This document shows, piece by piece, positions 1 through 15,400 of a DNA stretch of 64,000 nt (positions are counted from its first letter, which is position 1; the number at the start of each line of letters is the position of its first letter). The stretch is from positions 38,787 through 102,786 of the IMG/VR virus record IMGVR_UViG_3300009709_000020. One strand, given 5' to 3'. The notes beneath the pieces were generated by a model. That model did no database searches and was not told the origin of the DNA. It worked only from the letters and a program-made list of their open reading frames with translations. The translations under genes and the position numbers were made by a program. This stretch comes from a virus.

Positions 1-2
1 CT

Positions 3-461
3 ACTGAACCAACAATGACGGAATTATCACAAAGTTATAGTAACGTGCAAGATTATAAAATGTTAACTGATTCTGTTATTTTAAATAGCGGTTCATTTAA
101 GCCTTTGTTTGGTTCAAAAGCTGATAGTTCATTGCAGGGAACTATCAAAGTAATCAAAAATTCTTCAACAACTGCAAGTGATAGCGAAATAATTAGTGCC
201 ATTCTTTCTGCAATGAATGCTTATTTTGATATTTCTAATTGGAATTTCGGTGATACATTCTACTTCTCTGAATTAAGTGCATACTTACATTCCGTTGTTG
301 GACAATATGTGAGTTCCGTTGTATTGGTGCCCAAAGATACATCCAAACCATTTGGCACATTGTATGAGATCGGAAGTGCTCCGTATGAAATATTTGTTAA
401 TGCTGCAACTGCGAATGATATAATGATAATTTCATCTTTATCTACTACACAGCTAGGATGA
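3..461 (+). CDS. C-terminal part of a baseplate wedge-type virion protein (runs off the window start)
   Basis: Frame is open from nt 3; FDISNWNFGDTFYFSELSAYLH resembles wedge-subunit C-termini of large myophages; precedes the giant structural gene. Confidence 0.6.
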   Translation, partial: TEPTMTELSQSYSNVQDYKMLTDSVILNSGSFKPLFGSKADSSLQGTIKVIKNSSTTASDSEIISAILSAMNAYFDISNWNFGDTFYFSELSAYLHSVVGQYVSSVVLVPKDTSKPFGTLYEIGSAPYEIFVNAATANDIMIISSLSTTQLG

Positions 462-487
462 TTTGAAAAACCGTAGTTTTTTGCACA

Positions 488-494
488 ATAAATA
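488..494 (+). promoter_or_regulatory. T4-type late promoter (ATAAATA), 5 nt before the ATG
   Basis: ATAAATA-gtctt-ATG(500); same motif recurs before many structural genes. Confidence 0.65.
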
Positions 495-499
495 GTCTT

Positions 500-3400
500 A
501 TGGCTACTATTCGTACATTATCATTTTTACCAGAAATTTATAGAACAAAGAAAAACGCAGAAATATTGTCAGGAACACTTGATAATATTGTTAGTGAACC
601 AACATATTCTAGAATACAGGGATATATTGGAAGTAAATTTGGAAACGGGATTGATGCGTCTGCTTCTTATATACCTGAGGTTAATAAAGAACGCACTGAT
701 TACCAATTGACACCGTCGGTAATCTCACTAGACGATGATACGAAAAATGTATCTGATTTTATTACTTATCCGGGTATGGTTAACGAACTTACCAATAGGG
801 GAAGTATTACTAACAACAATGCAAGTTTGTTTGAAGGCAACACTTCTTCTTGGGATTCTTTTACTGATCTAGACAAACTAGTAAATTATCATCAATATTA
901 TTGGTTGCCTGATGGATTGCCATCAGTTGATATTACTGGAAATTCTGCTACATCAGTTTTAAACTACCAAGTAACATCCGATGTATCAACATACAGCATT
1001 GAAGAAATTAATGCAACCTCTACAAATTTTAATCCCAGTATTACACTGGTGAGAGGCAAAACATATACTTTTGCAGTAAATCAAAATTCGCAATTTTGGA
1101 TTCAAACTGAACCGGGCCTATTAGGTAAATCCACTTTAAATCCAGCAATTTCAACTAGAGAAATTTACGGTGTTACGAATAATGGATCTGAATCCGGCAC
1201 CATTACATTTACAGTTCCCTATGAAAATGCACAAGAAACATTTGAATTTTCTACAAGATATCTTGTAGATATTACGTCAGACAAATTGGCAACAAGTATT
1301 ATAGGAAATCATTTGTATGATTTGGTTGACCCAGTAACTGGAAATATTATTCCGGGAGTCAACAATATCGATGGGATAACTGACCTGGACGGAAAAATAA
1401 TATTTTTCCCTGATACTGAGTTACCATCTTCAGCTGGCAGTCACACCTACACTGATGGTGTTGTTGTTTATCAAATGCCGTATTTTTCCTCAACTGATTT
1501 TGGATATTTTTACAAAATTGTATACGAAGAAGATCCTAATAATACAGGAAATCCAATTCTAACACTACAGCGACTTGAAGCAATTCCCTTCAATGCAAGC
1601 ATTGTTGCAAAATATGGTTTAACAAATATAAATGTTCCTTATTATCAGGTATCTAGTTTGGTATTTGCCAAGGTTCCTAATCTAACCGCAAGACTTACTA
1701 AATTGTACTACCAAGATTCCGAAGTTTCTACTAAAACAGGAATTTTTAATATCGTAGATGATACTGCGTCTGTAATAATTGATATAAATGATATTTTGGG
1801 TAAAAAAACTTACACATCTCCCAACAATATTGTATTCACTAATGGTCTTAAAATAAAATTTGACAGTTATGTACATCCGTCATCATATGCAAACATCGAA
1901 TATTATGTTGATGGGGTGGGATCATCCATTAATTTAATTCCGGTATTGAATCTGGTATGTCCTGAAAGTTTTTCAGAATCTGAATACAACACATTTGATA
2001 ATTTTCCTTTCGATGCTGATACATTTGATGTATCAATGTACATTCCCGTAGAACCAGATTATATTACAATTGCGAGGTCAGCAATTAATGAAAATGCTTG
2101 GTCACGCAGCAATAGGTGGTTTCACACTGATGTAATTTCCGCTGCAGGGACATACAATAATTCGGATTATTTGACAACTTACGCAACGTCCAACGCGAAA
2201 GCAAAAAGACCAATCGTTGAGTTTTATCCTAATCTAAAAATGTTCAATTCAGGCACAACTTCTGTTCCGTTTGTAGATTTCTATGATTCAACAACCACAG
2301 ATGCATTTAGCAATGTGGCAGGAAAACTTAGTTATTATGCAGACATCGATGCATATGTACCAGTATCAACGATTGCAGGAACTGTCACTTCTCCGGTTAA
2401 TTCATCTTCATTAGTTGCAGGACAAGCATACCAAATTTCATCTCTCGGTAACACAAATTGGAATTTAGTAGTAGGCACATCAAATATCATTTATTATGTC
2501 GGTGATACAATTGTATGCAAAAATGCAGTATCTGGTACTGGTACTGCCACATTTTTAGCAACCTCTACCACAGCAACATTGAATTCAAATAATGCTACTG
2601 GTACATTTTCTGCTGGGATGTTTGTAGCAACAGAAGATGCAACGTTATTGCCAGCTGGTTCATATATATTCTCTGCTACTACTGATGATTCAGGCATTAC
2701 TACACTTGTAATTCATTGGGATGATCCGCAAAATATTTTAGGTGGAAATGCCGCCTTAATCGCAACAAATAATTCAATGGATAATTACCAATTGTTTTCT
2801 GGTGCAAGAATAATTTTCTCAAATGATGTCGATGAAACTGTACGTAATAATATCTATACTGTTAATATTACGCAAGTAGAAGAAAATGAAGCACCTGTAA
2901 TTGTATTATCTTTGGCTGATCAAGGTGAACCTATATTAGGTACACAAACTGTCATCCTACGAGGAGAAAGTTTCAAAGGCAAATCAATTTATTTTGACGG
3001 TATTTCTTGGAATCTTGCCCAACAAAAAATAACAATTAATCAGCCACCGCTATTTGACGTGTTGGATAAAAACGAAAACTCATTATCAGATGCATCAATA
3101 TATGCAAGTAGTTCTTTTACAGGGACAAAACTATTCAGCTATTCTATTGGTACTGGAGCACCTGATTCTGTACTAGGATTCCCGATATCATACAGTTCAA
3201 CTAACAACATAGGTGATATCGCATTTACAGTTGATTTCAATTCTGATATTTTCAATTATGTAAATGGTGCAAATGTCGTTACTGAAAATATTAATACTGG
3301 ATATGTGTATCAATATTCTACTCCATCTAGCTTTAATAGATTATTAGGTTGGACTGCTTCTGTTGCGCCTGTTCCACAGTATCAAATTTTTAATTTTGTG

Positions 3401-6400
3401 TATGATTCGTCAACTCCTGTATTAAAATGTGACATAGAAAAAAGCACAAATACTATTTGGCCATCAATAAAAGTTTTTTATAACAATGCATATGTCAATA
3501 ATGACAAATATTCGGTTATAACCGATGCTAATTCAACTGAAGTAACATTGATTACTCCACCCAGTGACGGAACACCAGTTGAAGTACTGCTGTTAAGTGA
3601 TCAGGTATCTGCTAATGGTTATTACGATATTCCAACCAATTTAAATAACAATCCATTGAATAATTCTTTGGAAAAAGTTAATTTAGATGAAATTAGGCTA
3701 CAATTTAATGACATTTTTATTAATAATGGAACAATAACAGGTTCCATTAACGGAGCAAATTCATACCGTGACTCAGGAAATCCAATTGGTTACGGTACAA
3801 AACTAATACAAAATCAATGCCCTGTTGTCACACCTGGTCTTTTCTTGCGTGATTCTTCGTTGAATCTACAGGAAGCATTGTTGTTTAACAGTAGAGAATA
3901 TGTAAAATATAAACAATTATTGACATTTACTGTTCAAAATTCAAATTATGATGTGACATATTCTCCTGCAGATATATTGGACGATGCAATCGAGCAAATT
4001 TCACTAGCAAGGACTGAATCAAATTCTTTCTATTGGACTGATATGTTACCGTCAAGAGTCCCTTATATTTCGAAAACGTATACTTTCAGGAACAATACAA
4101 ATAATGTAGCACTTTCATTATCGAAAATTTACGATTTTTCTGTTGCAAGTTATGATTCTGTGCTAGTGTACCTAATTCGAGTTGTAAATGGTAAGAAAAA
4201 TGTAATCCAACTACAAAAAAATGTGGACTATACCGTTAGTTCAACAGCCACAAACGTAATAATTACAAAACAACTATTGCAAAATGATATTATCACTGTT
4301 AATGAATATAATCAGACCTATGCATCTTACGTTCCTCATACACCTAGCAAATTAGGTTTGTATCCGCTATTTGTGCCTGAAATCATACTGGATAACAATC
4401 TAGTAACACCTACTTATTTCATCAAAGGACATGATGGTTCATATACGAAATTATATGGATCATATGACGCCAATACCGAATCGTTGAATGACTTTAGAGA
4501 CATTGCGTTATTTGAATTTGAAAACAGAATATACAACAATACTAAATTGTCATCAACTGTTCCCGTCATTGATCTAACCGAAATTAAACCCGGTTATTTT
4601 AGAGATGTACCGACATTTAGTGATTGGTTGTCAGTATATACCGCTAATTTCATGAATTGGGCCGGACAAAATAGAATTGATTATACCTCTCATTATTTTG
4701 ACAAAAATAATCCATTCACCTTTAATTACCGAAATTCATCAGAAAAACTTACAAACACTGCAAACAACATTGGTAATTGGGCGGGATTGTATCAATATTT
4801 CTATGATACATTTACCCCACATTTAACACCATGGGAAATGCTAGGATTTTCTATTAAACCATCATGGTGGGATGCACGCTATGGTGCTGCACCATACACC
4901 AGCGGTAATACAATATTATGGAATGACTTGCAACTAGGTTTTGTATGGAATGACGGTGATTCCTACACTAAAGAAAAATATGCCAGAGATCGTTTAGCTG
5001 AAATAATTCCTGTGGATGCCGCAGGCAATCTATTGGATCCTATGACAGTTCTAGTAGGAAATTATGATGCCAATATTTTTCAAGCTGATTGGATTATAGG
5101 TGATACAGGACCAGCAGAATTATCATATCGCAGAAGTTCCTCGTATCCATTTGACATTATCAACGCATATTCTTTACTGAAACCCGCCAAGTTCTACAAT
5201 CTAGCGATAGATTTGGATGTGTACCAATATAATACAGAATTTGGTCAATGGTTAACAAATGGTAGAAATTCATTGACCCTCTCAGACATCAAAGTATATG
5301 GTTCTGGTATTGCTAAAACAAGTTATTTAAATTGGATAGTAGATTATCAAAAACAGCACGGCATTGATGCTAGTTCTTATATTTCCAATAAGCTATCCAA
5401 CGTAGATGTTAGATTGACTTACCGTTTGGCTGGATTCAGTGATCAAACATTGTTGAATTTTTCATTGGAAAAAGTTTCACCCAATGACAACAATACTGCA
5501 CTAAAAATTCCAAACGAAAACTATAACATTATTTTGTATAATAATCAACCACATGACCAATTAACAATGTCAAGTGTGATCATTCAAAAAACTGGAAATA
5601 ATTGGGCCGTATACGGAAATTCACAGTCAAGTGCATATTTTGTAATTGATTCTCCTGTAATTAATGGAAAAACAATTGCAGTTGAATATGGTTCTGCAAC
5701 AGTTAAAGTTGCACAAGATTATAGCCAAACAAAACAATATATCCCATATGGTACTATTTTTTATAGTACACAGGAAATTGCGCAATTTATTAAATCATAT
5801 TCATCGTCATTGGAAACAAAAGGTGTAATTCTAGACCAAACATTCAATGGTTCACCAATTAATTGGGACACGATGATTCAAGAATTTTTATATTGGTCAC
5901 AAACCGGATGGGAATCAGGCAGTGCAATTACGTTAAATCCTGCATCAACCACGTTAAAAATAACCCCTCCGATGGGTATTGTGCAACCATTAACAAATTC
6001 TGCTGATAATTTCATTTTAAATCAAAATTTATATCCAATCAAATCCAAAGATTTGGATGTATATCGTCAGGACAATAGTTTCACTGTATCTACATTGAAT
6101 CCCGGTGATTCAATGTCATACACTCAATTGGATTATGCGTCACTTGAACACGGAATTGTGTTTGACAATACAACTATGTTCAATGATGTTATTTACGATC
6201 TAACAACAGGTCTACGTCAATACAGGATAATGTTGTCCGGAAGAAAAACTGCAGAATGGAACGGAACATTAACTACCAATGGATTCTTCCTAAGCCAAGA
6301 TAATATTGTTGCCTGGTCAACAGGGACGAAATATTATGCAGGCAATATTGTGACATACAAAAACAAATATTGGGCCGCCCAACAAACTGTCGAGGCTGCG

Positions 6401-9400
6401 TCAAATTTTGATACTTCGGTATGGAAAATAGTAAAAACTGAATCAATTCGCTATGGCATGTTACCGAATTCAGCAAACAGGGCGTATGAAAGCACACTAT
6501 TTTATGATGTAGATAGATCAAATCTAGCATCAGATAATGACCTATTGTCAATGTCATTGATTGGTTACAGACCTAGGGATTACCTAGCCCTAGCTGATTT
6601 AACAACTGCTGCACAACTCAATGTATACAAAAATTTTATCAAAAATAAAGGTACTCCCAATTCACTTGAAGTATTCAATACGGTCAATCTTGCCCAAGGA
6701 GAACTAAAATACGACATACACGAAAATTGGGCAATAAAAACAAGCCAATTCGGTGATAAAAACTCAGGTAAATACATCGAAATGCAATTGGACGAGACAC
6801 AAATTACTGGAAATGCGTCTATTATTTCTGTAACAAATGGTGATGTTCCTGCAGGAACATCACAAATAGTACCAATTAACAAGCTGTATAATTACAATTT
6901 CAATGTACTATCACCTAATATATTGCCATTAATGGAAAGTCAAGATCAACAAACTGCAGGATATGTTTCATTTGATGATGTAAATGTTTTTTCTTATAAC
7001 TTTAGTGGATTAGATAATGCCACTGATTCTACCGGAAACCTGTTGGATATTAATAATCTATACACGGGCGATTACATTTGGGTTGCAAATTTTAATGGTT
7101 CTTGGGGAGTGTACTCTACTGTTATCCAAGGAACCATTACATCAATCACTTATGGTTCATCATACAGCACAGTAACTTTTTCTGATCCACATGAATTGTC
7201 AGTAAATGACCCAATTGCAGTCATTCAAACAACCGATGACATTAATGGTTATTATCAGGTAAATACGGTTGTTGATAGCAAAACAATTACTATTCCTTAT
7301 GCAAATGCATTAAATTCAGGAAAAACAATTGAATTATTGGGATTTGTGCTAAAACTAGAAAACAAAAGATATTCTACTATTTCATCATTACCTGATATAG
7401 TTAATGTGTTTGACAAAAATGATATTTATTGGATCGATGAAGATTCAAATGGCAGATGGGCTGTATATCAAAAAACGTCAAACAAATATTCTTTGGTGGA
7501 TACTATTTCTACTTTAAGTGGCAATAACAAAGCAATTGTTTCTGAAGAATTAGGTATACTTATTACCAATGGAAATAATGTAGATCGTTATTCAATGGTT
7601 GGTACTGACTACCTGTTAACAGAAACCATTAATGGTGGCGCTGGCTTTGGATCATCTATTGCAACCTCAGATAGAACGATTTTCATTGCTAACTCAATTA
7701 CTCAACAAATTAATGTGTATTATAACAATGATACCGTGTTGTCATCAAATTCTGTTCTAATCAATACAATTGATTTAGCGTGCGACAAAATTTGGATTTC
7801 CGAAGATGGAAATTATTTGTATGCATCTGACACCTCAACCAATTCTATCAATGTTATCAAAAAAATAAATTATGATATTTCTGCTGAATTCATGACTGCC
7901 GGAAGAGCATATATTATCCAAACTCTCGGAGATTCAGATTGGGTTTCTGTAGGTGCAATTGAAAATTCACCGAATGTGGTTTTTGTTGCCTCAGGTCCAA
8001 TAACACCGTCGACTGGCGTTGCCAAAGAAATATCGTATGAATTAGGCTTTACTATTTCAGGAAGTGAAACTGGATTTGGTACTGATTTTGCCTCGTCATC
8101 AACTGGTCATACTATTGTTGTCGGATCACCTGACAAAATTATTAATTCATTGCAAGGAGTCGGCGGCGCCTACATTTATGTACAGGATGCACAAACCACA
8201 AAAACTTCATACCAAAACAATAACAATCCTGAACAAATCGGAATAGTATTCTCGAACAATGCCGTAATAGCTAATGCTTTTACAACTGTTACAGGTTCAA
8301 ATATATATTTTAGCGTGCCTGCAGGATTAAAAATAAATGATCGTGTAGTTTTCGGTGGAGCATATATCGAAAATTATGGTTTCAACACCTCTGCGGTTTA
8401 TTACGTGCAATCAGTATCTCCTACATATATCACGGTGAAATCTACAATTTCTTCAAATACTCCTGTGTTATTTGATTCAATAACTGGTATATCAGGTCAA
8501 TGTTATATTCAAGATAACACGGTTGATGTATTTGTTAATGGAACGGTTGTTACCACTGACAATTATTTTATCAAAAATTCAACTCTGACATATATTGGAA
8601 ATTTTTCGGCAGGCGATATTATTGCAATTGTGTTCTCAAGCTACACATTGACACAAACCTTGGCTGGTAACAATACAACTAGAATTGATTCTCATTATGG
8701 ATCATCTGTTACTATTGATCGATCAGGAAATGAAATTTTTGTAAGTTCTCCGTATGAAGTTTCTACTTCTTCTGAAGGATCGGTTTATCGATACACAAAT
8801 ACTGCAGGCATTTCAGGAACTATCCTAGGATCCAATATTTGTAATGTAACGATTTCCGGTACTGTAACTATCAACGGTTATCCAATTGTAATTCCAATTG
8901 GTAATTCTGTTGTTGCTTCATCAGTAATCAATAATTCAAAAATACCAAACATAGTCGCGTCATCCGTTGACGGAAAAGTAATGATTTCTGTAATCAATGA
9001 TAGTGAAACTATTGCACTTCAAAAAATTATTATTAATGCACCGGAATCATTGTTAACTCAACTTGGAATTTTGTTGAGAACAAACACACAAGTAATCAGG
9101 TCCTCAGATACCTATGCAAAAACCGGATTCGGCTATTCATTGGCGATAACGGATAATGAATTATTCGTGTCAAGTATTAATTCTGTTTGTGAATCACAAG
9201 TTACTTTTGACACGGTGTATAAAAATGACCACACCAATACTGTGTTTGATAATCAAACTACGTTGTTCTATGATGTGTCACCTGCAACTGGATTGGTAGA
9301 AACTTTCAATCTTATTGAGGGTCCTAATTATACAAGACAATACGTATACGGTCAGTCATTGTCAGTGGATGACGATGATATTAATTTTGGAAACAACCTT

Positions 9401-12400
9401 TCAATTGCCGGCAATAATTTAGTTATTTCATCTGAAAATGCCACGTTTAACGTTAACGTTTTTTACGGAACAGAAGAGAATTGGTCTGTATTGCGACAAG
9501 AATCAGTAACGGTTGATATAAATTCAATCGACGGAATTAACTTGTACAGCAAGACAAATAGCGTTTCATTGGTAAATCTAGATTACATTGATCCGTTGAA
9601 TGGAAAAATTTTAGGAGTCGCTAGAGAAAACATTGAATTCATGTCAACTGTTGATCCAGCAAAATATAATTCAGTTTCTTCAGGAATCACTTCAGTATGG
9701 GGTGCTGAATTCGTTGGTATGTGTTGGTTTGATATGTCAAATACAAAATGGATTGATTATAATCAAACAGATATAACATACAATATTAAATATTTCGGTA
9801 AGGTATTCCCAGGATCAGATCCGGCGGTATATACCTGGATAAATAGTGCATATCCTCCGGCATTGTATTCCGGTACCGGAACAGTATATGATATTTCCAA
9901 ATATTGCTCAAAGTCAACCTTAGACAATTCCGGGAATATTATTACTACATATTATTTCTGGGTTAGAAATACAAATACCATTACACAAAATCACACTTTA
10001 GCAGATACGGTTATTGAAAATTACATTAAGAATCCTGCTGCATCTGGTGTTGCTTATTGTGCACTACTTACACCTTCATCATATGCATTGTATAATGCTG
10101 TTCCTTATATCAATGGTACAGATACTATCATGCATTTAGGATTTTCTACCGGTTCTGATTTGGAAGGAAACATCCACACTGAGTATAGTTTAATTAGGGA
10201 AAATTATGAAGATGATTTCTTGTACGGAATTCCTGAAAACACAAATACTAACTTATTGCCAAATCATGATCTATATCCAACGAGTGGAGAAAAAACTCCA
10301 TATGGATTATATCTAAAATTACTTGATAGTTTTTCAGGATCCAATACATTTGGTAATCCGGTACCGGATCCATTCTTGCCAATGCCAATACAATCAGGTA
10401 TTTCAATCCGACCAAGCCAAAGCATGTTTATGGATAGATTGTCTGCTCTAGAAAATTTTGTTACATACATTAACAATATATTGGCATCATATCCTATAAC
10501 AGAAACTAGAACAAATATAACTCTGTTACAAACAACTGGAACATATTTCAATACGAACGATTATTGGTCATATGAAAATTGGTGGGTAGAAGGTTTTGAC
10601 AATAATACAAAACCAACCAGACAAGTTTCTGTATATGCTGATTTAAATATGCTTTCAGTAAATGCAGGAACATTGGTCAAAGTAAACGATAATGGATTTG
10701 GTAAATTTGAAATTTATCAGTATACGGGCGATGCTTGGAATAGAATAGGTTTAGAAAGCGGTACCATTCAACTTTCATCAAATCTATATGACTATATTGA
10801 TTATAATATTGGGTTTGATGGAAGTTTCTTTGACACCGATAGTTTTGATTTCTGTCCTTCAGAAGAAACCAGATATGTTATCAGAGGGGTTTTTGAACAA
10901 CTGTTAGTTGATGATTTGTTGTCATATAGAAATCCTGCGTTAATCATGCTTTTTGAATATATCCAAAGTGAAGAACCTGCATACGGAACAAATATTGATT
11001 GGTTGAAGAAAACATCACTTGTTGATATTTCTCATGACGTCAGGCAATTAACACAACAAAATGTATATAAATCAGATAACGAGACTTTCTTGGAAGGATT
11101 CATTAATGAAGTAAAACCATACAGAGTGCTAATCAAAGACTATTTGTTTACCTATTCAGGAATAGACGAAGCCAATATATATGCTACTGATTTTGATCTG
11201 CCTGCATCTATTATGGGGTCTGAGTTTGTTACCCCGATGTTGACAGATACACCAAACGCATCAAATGAATTTTTGCCAAGTGACAATATCTGGAATCAAA
11301 ATATTTACACTGATTGGTTCAAATACAAAGGATTGTCATTAGCACAAGAAAACAATTACAGAATTGCTTACCTATCTTCGTATATAGATACCAGCACTAG
11401 AGAAATTGAGGTAGATAATTCCTACGTATTCCCTGAATCAGGCACAATTACTATCAATGGTGAAATTTTAGGATATTCTGGTGTCAACAGAGCATTAAAT
11501 TTGTTGACAGGAATTATTCGCGGAGTTAATAATACTACTATTTCAACACATTTTCCTGGTGCAGAAATTTTCATGGATATTCCTGAAATTATTATGCTTA
11601 ACAGTGGCAATAATTATGCATCTACTCCAAATGTTACTGCATTTATTGACACTACCATTTATCCTGAACCAGAAATTGAGATGGAACTAGAAGCAATCAT
11701 GAGTAACGGATCAGTGATCAGTATCAACGTGCTAAATCCTGGACAAGGATATTTTACTGTTCCTGAAATTATGATTGATCCGTCATATATAATATACTTT
11801 GATGATAATTCAATTGATACAGCATTGTATACACTGAATTTATATGCACCTAATCTAACGACAGGTGACATAATTCAATTCTCCGGCAACAATTCGAGTG
11901 TCCCTGAAAATATTGTCAATGGCGCATGGTATTATGTAAATGTATTGGAAACCACACCCAATACAATTATTGCATTGTATAAAACATACAGGGATTCAAT
12001 AAACGATAGAGCAAGAATAAAAATAGGAATTTCCGGAACAACCAACACTATGGCCCTGAACGCAGGTGCAAGAGCAGTTGCTGTTACTACTCCCAATCCA
12101 GTAAGAGACATCAAAATCAATTTGAAGTTTGATAGAACAACATACAGAAATAGAGTATTAGACTGGAATGAAGGTGTCTATTATGGTTCATATTTTGCCG
12201 GAACATTATATGATAGCAGCCGCATTTCAAGTTCTTCTTACACATTGCAAAATGTGTATCCAAACATCGATACTATTCTTGCGAGTAATCACGGTGCTAC
12301 GTTTGAAATAGTAAATGTAGAGAATATTGAACAAACTGAATGGTCTACTATCGTCAGAACTGTTACTAGTGTCATCAACAATGTTATCACTATTACACCT

Positions 12401-15400
12401 CCATCTGTATTACAGAATTCGTTTGATAGTACAGTTGGATTTATGGTTAATTCTCCTATTAAATTCGGTTCAAATATTTCAGGATTAATCGAAAACCAAA
12501 CATATTATGTTAATTCCGTATTGAATACATATCAATTTACGGTATCAGACACTGTTTCAGGTAATGTATTATCAATTCCTGACCAAACCGTAAACTCTAC
12601 TGCTATTCCTGGAATAGTAGCTGACCAAGGCAGAATCACGGTCAACTATAAGGGCATTGTGACAATTACTGGTACAGAAAAAACCACAAATAAATTGTTC
12701 ACTGAATTATCAGTCGCTGGCACCCAAGGAACAACAAACTTTTACAAGGGCGCACCCATCTTTTTCGTGGAAAACGTGTTTGGTAATATTGTGGAAAATC
12801 AAGTATATTATGTAAACACAATTGTTGATAATGAAACATTTACTGTAAATAAAGTCGATAATTTCATTACTACAGTGGTAACCGCAACAGATGGTTCAAA
12901 CAATACTATTATAGTAGGTGATTCGACTGATTTTATCATTAACGATCCAATCATGATTGTAGGTGATCTAGCTGGAACAAATATAGTTTCAGGAAAACTG
13001 TACTATATTAACGAAATAGTTGACATAAATCATGTAAAAATTTCATTGTTAACCAACAATGAACCTGTTGTGCTGAACACAGTAGCAGATGTATTAGCTA
13101 CTATGGATAATCAAAAAAATACTGTTCCATTAACAACAACCACAGGATCCATGATTGCTAACATGTCATTACCTGTAAGTCCCGGACAAATTGATGGACA
13201 GTTGTTCTCATTTTACAAAACTTCCGGATTTAAATCAGGTTTAACATCTAGCACCTATTCAAACTTATTAACTGGTACCATTTCTGCTACAAATGGTTCC
13301 ACTAATAGAATTTATGTAGGAAGCATTGATACTACTACATATTATGAAAATATGCCGATAGAAGTATTTGCCACTGCAAATGGTCTATCAGTCAATACAC
13401 CGTATTATATTACTAATATAGGTAAGGTATCATTGACAGTAACGTCAACTAATGGAACCATACTAACATGTAATTCCACCACCGAATTGTATTCAGGAAT
13501 GAAAATAATCTTCTCTGGCAATTCATTAGGAACGTTAATTCTAGGTCAAGAATATTATGTGGTCGATGTATTAAGTCCAACAACATTTACGATTACAAAC
13601 GTAAAAGGTTCTCCGGCAATCACATTGACTGCATCAACTGGTGCAATGCTTGGTGGAGGCGATAATTATTTCGAGTTGAGTCTATCTCCGGGTGGAAGCA
13701 ATGTTGCATTAACTACCGGTGTCACTTCAATTCAATACACACAATATATTACTTCATATCCGACAATTGATATTTCATACAGATTGGGAGGATATACTGC
13801 ATTGATTGCCAATTCTGGATCCGGATTCTCGATCAACAATACCATTGTATTTTCAGGTTCAGCAGTAGGAGGAAGTTCACCTCAAAATGATATTACATTG
13901 AAGGTAAACACAGTAGATACCTTAGGACAAATTACAAGTGTTATTGTCACTGGAACTCCTCCTGCATTATCAGAAAACTTCTACTTAAAAGTTGTTTCTG
14001 ATACGGAGTTAGATATTTTTTCTGACAAAGAATTAAAATCTTCTGTTCCTGCATCTAATTTGAACTACACTGGATATACCATGACTTCCGTATCCAGATT
14101 AACTGCTCCTTATTCGTTGACATTGGGATCGACCTCAGGCTTTTATGTTGGAGATTCGGTATATATCACTGGCGACAATACCGGAACATTCGTGGCAGGA
14201 AAAGAATATTTTGTGTATTCTATAACCTCTGACACAAACATGATTCTCTCTACCCTTCCCGGAGACAACACAACAATTGTTCCCGTAACAGACAATAATG
14301 TTACATTGACCATTGCAAAACCCGGTGATTTTATATTCCTGTCAGAACCATTCTATTTCACTCAATCAATCGTAAAATACAACAACAGACTATATGAGTG
14401 TGTTGTATCAAATCATGATACCGAATTTGTGTTAGGCAAATGGAATGAAATTAATGCAAATGATATCAGATTAAATGCTTTGGATAGGACATTTGTTTAT
14501 TATGATCCTACAGTAAATATGCCCGGAACTGATTTAACTCAATTGATTGATGGTCTAGTATATCCAAATCCAGTTTATATGGGTAACTATTTTGCACTTG
14601 ATCAACAATATGACGTTGATACTCATGTCGTAGACAATGATCCAAATGCAAGTTATACTATACAAGGAAATGATTTTTCATATAGCTATGGTCCAGAAGA
14701 ACTTATGCCCGGAAAAATTCAAGACAACATTTCTGTTATTTCTTCTACATTACCGGGAACTAACTGGGACGTAGTTACATATGGGCATACGGGTTTTGAC
14801 ATCACGAATCTCGAAATAACTCCTTCAGGATCAACCCAAACTATTTTTAGTTTCAAAAACGAATCACAAACAGTATCCGGAATTACAGTGCAGGAAATTG
14901 ATGGCACTACTGGATTGGCTACAACTATGCCTATAAGTTCATATTCGATAGATTGGGTAAACAAAGAAATTATTTTAGCTACTCCTCTACCATATTATCC
15001 AATTATTAACAGGTTACAGATTGAATTGTTTGAAACTGGCAATGGATATCAATTAGCTAAATCTGACACTGATGATGCACCAATTATTACTAATACTAAT
15101 ACTGGTTTTAATGAAATCAATCTTGCGTGTAACTATAATGAAGCATTGATTTCAGGCAATGGCGTGCTAAAATATGATAGTACATTAATTACAGAAGCAG
15201 TGACAGAAACTGTTGCAGCGACCAATAGATTAATTTGCACTGATGTTTCATTGTTTACCATCGGCAAAGCCATTACATTTGAGGGAGGATTGTTCGGTGG
15301 AATAGTAGCAAATCAACCTTATTACGTAAAAACTATTAATCCTGCATCAAATACCATTACTATTTCAGATTCATTTGATTCCTCCACTGGTACGGTTGGT